A stretch of 64,000 bases of DNA, from NCBI GenBank assembly GCA_022824315.1, contig JAJEAC010000066.1, positions 13,784 to 77,783 on the forward strand, written 5' to 3'. The notes under the pieces were generated by a model that saw nothing but the letters and a program-made list of their open reading frames with translations, was not told the origin of the DNA and did no database searches. This stretch comes from Silicimonas sp. GTDB lineage: Bacteria > Pseudomonadota > Alphaproteobacteria > Rhodobacterales > Rhodobacteraceae. Position 1 is the first letter of the stretch; every line of letters begins with the position of its first letter. Shown piece after piece: positions 60,539 through 64,000 of this stretch. The position numbers were made by a program, and so were the translations under genes.

Positions 60539-62716
60539 CTACCCCTCGATTCTGTTCAGGTCCGCCACGGCAAGGCATGTTTCGCTGATGCGATGCAGTA
60601 GGTTGAGACGGTTTCGCCTCAGGCTTTCGTCCGCAGCGTTCACCTGCACCGCGTCGAAGAACTCGTCAATCGGATCTCTGAGATTGGCCATCGCGGACAT
60701 GACGGCCTCGAAGTCTTCGGCTTGCATTGCAGGACGGATCGCGGCCTCCGCACTTTCCAACGCATCAAACAGTGCACGCTCTTCGTCTGTCTCCGCCAGC
60801 TTCGGGTCCGGGTCGAGTGCGTATTCGACACCGTCCTTATTCTCGGCCTGCTTCAGGATGTTGTGCGCACGCTTGAAACCCTGCGTGAGATTTTCGCCAT
60901 CTTCGGTGTCCAGAAACGCAGAGAGGGCAGTCGAACGCTTCACAAGCAGCGTCAGGTCATCCGAGCCCGGCATCGCAAGACAGGCGTCGATGACATCATG
61001 GCGAAGGCCCTTGCCGCGCAGAAAGACCTTCATGCGATCATGAAGGAACTCAAGGATCCCGCGCGGTAGCGGACCATTCGGGCCTTGAAGATAGTCCTCT
61101 TCAAAGACCATTTGCTTTGCAGCCTTGCCCACAGCGTCATAGGAACCATGCTCCAATGCGTCCTTGCCGACCCGCCGGCCTGGCTCCACCGCAATCTCGA
61201 GCAGGGAAAGACGGAGGTCGTTCTCGAGAATCAGCCTTATGGCCCCGAGCGCCGCACGCCTGAGCGCAAACGGATCCTTCGAGCCGGTCGGCTTCTCATC
61301 TATCGCCCAGAACCCCGCCAGCGTGTCAATCTTGTCCGCAAGCGCGACCGCGATCGACAGAGGCCCGTTCGGCACATCGTCGGACGGGCCAAGTGGCTGG
61401 TAGTGCTCTCGTGCAACGCGTGCGACATCGTCGGAGTTGCCCGCGGCACGAGCGTAGTGTTCGCCCATGATCCCCTGGAGTTCGGCGAACTCGTAGACCA
61501 TCTCGGACGACAGGTCGGCCTTAGCGACCCGCGCCGCCTCGACCGCCCGATCAGGATCGGCTCCCAGTGCCGAGGCAATCTCCTTCGCCAATTCAGAAAT
61601 TCGGTCGATTCGCTCCGCCTGGCTTCCAAGCCTGTTATGGAACGTGACCTTGCCGAGCATGTCGGTCCACGCCTTCATGCCATCCCTTGCCACGCGCAGA
61701 TCGTTTTCCCAGAAGAACTTGGCATCCGCAAGGCGAGCTCGAAGCACCTTTTGGTTCCCAGCCATGATCGTTGCGCCCTCGTCCGCCGTCTCCCGGTCCG
61801 CCACCGCGATGAAATGCGTGATCCGGCCTGAACTGTCCCTTACGCTGAAGAACTTCTGATGCACCCTCATCGAGGTCTGAAGCACCTCGTGCGGCAGATC
61901 CAGAAACTCCTCCCCGATCTCGCCCAGCAGAACAACCGGCCATTCGACGAGGCCCGCGACCTCTGCCAGAAGGTCCTTGTCCTCCACTACCACTAGGCCC
62001 CGTTCCTCCGCCAGCCGGGTTGCTTCGCGCATGACGATCTCTTCACGCTCCTTGGCGGAAAGAACGACCTTGGCCTCGTTCATCTTCGCCAGGTAGTCGG
62101 CAGAGGACGTGACACTGATCGGTTCGGGTGCCATGAAACGATGGCCCACTGTCCGGTTCCCGGCACGCAGGCCATCGACATCAAGGTCAACGACCTGCGT
62201 CTCGTCGGCGTCGCTCAACAGGCAGATGATCGCGTGCAGCGGCCGTACCCATCTGAGGCTTCCAGATCCCCAACGCATGGACTTGGGCCATGGGAAATCG
62301 CGGATGACCGCGTCCAGAACCTCGGCCACGATCTGGCCGGCCGGGCGTCCTTCACGCTCGATGACCGCGAACCACACCTGCCCTTTCCTGCCGTCGCGCG
62401 CCTCAAGGTCCTCCTTCGCGAGTCCGGTCGAGCGCAGAAATCCATCCAGCGCCTTTTCCGGGGCGTTGACGCTCGGACCCTTGCGCTCCTCTCGCGTCGC
62501 CGGGCTCATCTTCGGCAAGTCCGACACCGTCAGAATCAATCGTCGCGGCGTAACAAGGGACACGACGTCGTCATGGGACAATCCGGCCTCGGCAAGGCCG
62601 TCCGTCACGAGACGCTTCAAGTCCTCCGCTGCCGTCAATTGCATGCGTGCAGGAATTTCCTCGGACAGGAGTTCGATCAGCAGGTCAGGCATGAATCGCT
62701 TCCTTGCATCGGCCAT
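60539..62716 (-). CDS. glyS: glycine--tRNA ligase beta subunit
   Basis: 725 aa. MPDLLIELLSEEIPARMQ... is a canonical GlyS N-terminus. The first ATG of the ORF lies 9 codons upstream. Confidence 0.95.
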   Translation of the reverse strand: MADARKRFMPDLLIELLSEEIPARMQLTAAEDLKRLVTDGLAEAGLSHDDVVSLVTPRRLILTVSDLPKMSPATREERKGPSVNAPEKALDGFLRSTGLAKEDLEARDGRKGQVWFAVIEREGRPAGQIVAEVLDAVIRDFPWPKSMRWGSGSLRWVRPLHAIICLLSDADETQVVDLDVDGLRAGNRTVGHRFMAPEPISVTSSADYLAKMNEAKVVLSAKEREEIVMREATRLAEERGLVVVEDKDLLAEVAGLVEWPVVLLGEIGEEFLDLPHEVLQTSMRVHQKFFSVRDSSGRITHFIAVADRETADEGATIMAGNQKVLRARLADAKFFWENDLRVARDGMKAWTDMLGKVTFHNRLGSQAERIDRISELAKEIASALGADPDRAVEAARVAKADLSSEMVYEFAELQGIMGEHYARAAGNSDDVARVAREHYQPLGPSDDVPNGPLSIAVALADKIDTLAGFWAIDEKPTGSKDPFALRRAALGAIRLILENDLRLSLLEIAVEPGRRVGKDALEHGSYDAVGKAAKQMVFEEDYLQGPNGPLPRGILEFLHDRMKVFLRGKGLRHDVIDACLAMPGSDDLTLLVKRSTALSAFLDTEDGENLTQGFKRAHNILKQAENKDGVEYALDPDPKLAETDEERALFDALESAEAAIRPAMQAEDFEAVMSAMANLRDPIDEFFDAVQVNAADESLRRNRLNLLHRISETCLAVADLNRIEG

Positions 62717-62758
62717 ACCCAGGGCGGGAAGATTGCAAGCGGATCAGCGCGACCTGGG

Positions 62759-63292
62759 TCATTGACTTTCCCTCAGTGGAGGTGGTGGACAATCTTCCGG
62801 CAGAGTTTCCCCGTTGAAATGTCTTTCTCCACAGCGGTTCAACTGGTGCCAGACGTAGCCATGCCCGTCTCCGGAGACGGCCACAACCCGGTCAAATCCG
62901 TAAGCGATGTTTCCGGTGCCAAGGAATGCGATCGCGGATCCCCTTTCCAGCGCCGCGCCGACTTTCGACGCATCAAAGCATCCGAACCATCCGGGCGCCA
63001 CGTTGGGTACCGGGTCTTCGTGGACAACATAGGTTTCGGTGAGTGTCGCAAGACTCAGGCTGGTCGTGAAACAGGCGCGGTAGCGCAAGGGTGAGCTTTC
63101 CGCGTCAATTGCTTGAAACTCTTGATGGATTATTGGCTCCGGCTTTCCGGAATGGCGCACGGTCAGCAGCACGTCCGACGCTCCGCTTGGCGGAATCTCA
63201 TCGTAGAACCCGTACACCTGCAGGTAATACAGGCCACCGCCGGCAAGCGCACAGCAAATCGCGAGAACAAGGGCAATCACCTTTCCGCTCAT
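62759..63292 (-). CDS. conserved hypothetical single-pass membrane protein inserted between glyQ and glyS
   Basis: MSGKVIALVLAICCALAGGGLYYLQVY TM anchor plus a soluble domain of about 150 aa with conserved-looking Cys/Trp. ATG 63292. Confidence 0.65.
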   Translation of the reverse strand: MSGKVIALVLAICCALAGGGLYYLQVYGFYDEIPPSGASDVLLTVRHSGKPEPIIHQEFQAIDAESSPLRYRACFTTSLSLATLTETYVVHEDPVPNVAPGWFGCFDASKVGAALERGSAIAFLGTGNIAYGFDRVVAVSGDGHGYVWHQLNRCGERHFNGETLPEDCPPPPLRESQ

Positions 63293-63416
63293 GCCACGTC
63301 CTGCTCCAGGCAAAACTGGCCTCTGCGCGGCGTGCATGTCACCGGAGTCAGGAACTTTTCCCAGACGTTCCGCCGGAATTCCCGACCGGACCTCAGTTCG
63401 CAAGGCGTCGACACGA

Positions 63417-64000
63417 TCACGCGCCTGCGGCCGCCTCGGTCGTCACGAACGCGTCGGCGCACGCCTTCGCCAGCGACCGCACCCGCCCGATATAGGCCTG
63501 GCGCTCGGTGACGGAGATCACGCCCCGGGCATCGAGGAGGTTGAACAGGTGCGAAGCCTTGATGCATTGGTCGTAGGCCGGATGCACCATCACGATCCGC
63601 TTTCCCGTTTTCGGGTCCAGTTCTTCAGCCTCGAGGATTCGGAGGCACTCTGCCTCTGCATCCTCGAAGTGCCTGAACAGCATGCCGGTGTCCGCCACGT
63701 CGAAATTCCAGCGGGCATATTCCTCTTCTGTCTGCCGGAAGACGTCGCCGTAGGACAGTGCAATCCTGGACTGCGGATCATTGAACGGCATCTCCATCAC
63801 GTGGTCGATGCCAAGCACGTGCATGGCCAAACGCTCGAGGCCGTAGGTCAGCTCGCCCGAAACCGGGTGGCAGTCATGCCCGCCGACCTGCTGGAAATAC
63901 GTGAACTGGCTTACTTCCATGCCGTCGCACCAAACCTCCCAGCCAAGTCCCCAAGCCCCAAGGGTCGGGCTCTCCCAGTCATCCTCGACAAACCGGATGT
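63417..64000 (-). CDS. glyQ: glycine--tRNA ligase alpha subunit (5' part lies beyond the window end)
   Basis: ...[40 protein letters not shown]... The frame is open to the window edge. Confidence 0.95.
   Translation of the reverse strand, partial: IRFVEDDWESPTLGAWGLGWEVWCDGMEVSQFTYFQQVGGHDCHPVSGELTYGLERLAMHVLGIDHVMEMPFNDPQSRIALSYGDVFRQTEEEYARWNFDVADTGMLFRHFEDAEAECLRILEAEELDPKTGKRIVMVHPAYDQCIKASHLFNLLDARGVISVTERQAYIGRVRSLAKACADAFVTTEAAAGA

Overview
High-GC (roughly 60-65%) chromosomal segment. Gene content and order look alphaproteobacterial, most likely Rhodobacterales/Roseobacter group: a non-Pyl MttB methyltransferase, Irr, the co-directional run lptF-lptG-lptD-surA-pdxA-rsmA, glyQ-(membrane protein)-glyS followed by a PPDK-like gene, and DUF4167/DUF1467/DUF882 genes. 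The window is densely packed with about 57 intact CDS. Most are housekeeping genes (guaA, metA, holC, LPS transport, prfA/prmC, mazG, selO, trpA, ychF, mce, glyQS). There are also two adjacent sugar-utilisation loci. One is LacI-controlled: an ABC importer plus a GH63-like hydrolase. The other is IclR-controlled: an ABC importer plus a GH36 alpha-galactosidase. I found no tRNA/rRNA genes, CRISPR arrays, IS elements, integrases, prophage genes or recognisable defence systems, so this reads as core genome rather than an accessory island. The items most worth a second look are: (1) an LpxD paralog co-transcribed with its own ACP and a NodE/FabF-like ketosynthase; (2) a PPDK-like protein whose ATP-grasp motifs are degenerate while its phospho-His and PEP/pyruvate domains are intact; (3) the holC-lptF interval, where the widely conserved pepA is absent and is replaced by non-coding DNA carrying a perfect 14-bp inverted repeat plus a TbpB-like lipoprotein gene broken by an in-frame TGA and a frameshift; (4) a decayed MalK/UgpC-type ATPase remnant; (5) an L,D-transpeptidase and a DUF882 (MepK-like) gene separated by an ATPase-less amino-acid ABC module. 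Many long ORFs in the six-frame track are antisense shadows typical of high-GC DNA and were rejected. All functional calls rest on motif recognition by eye. No database search was run.
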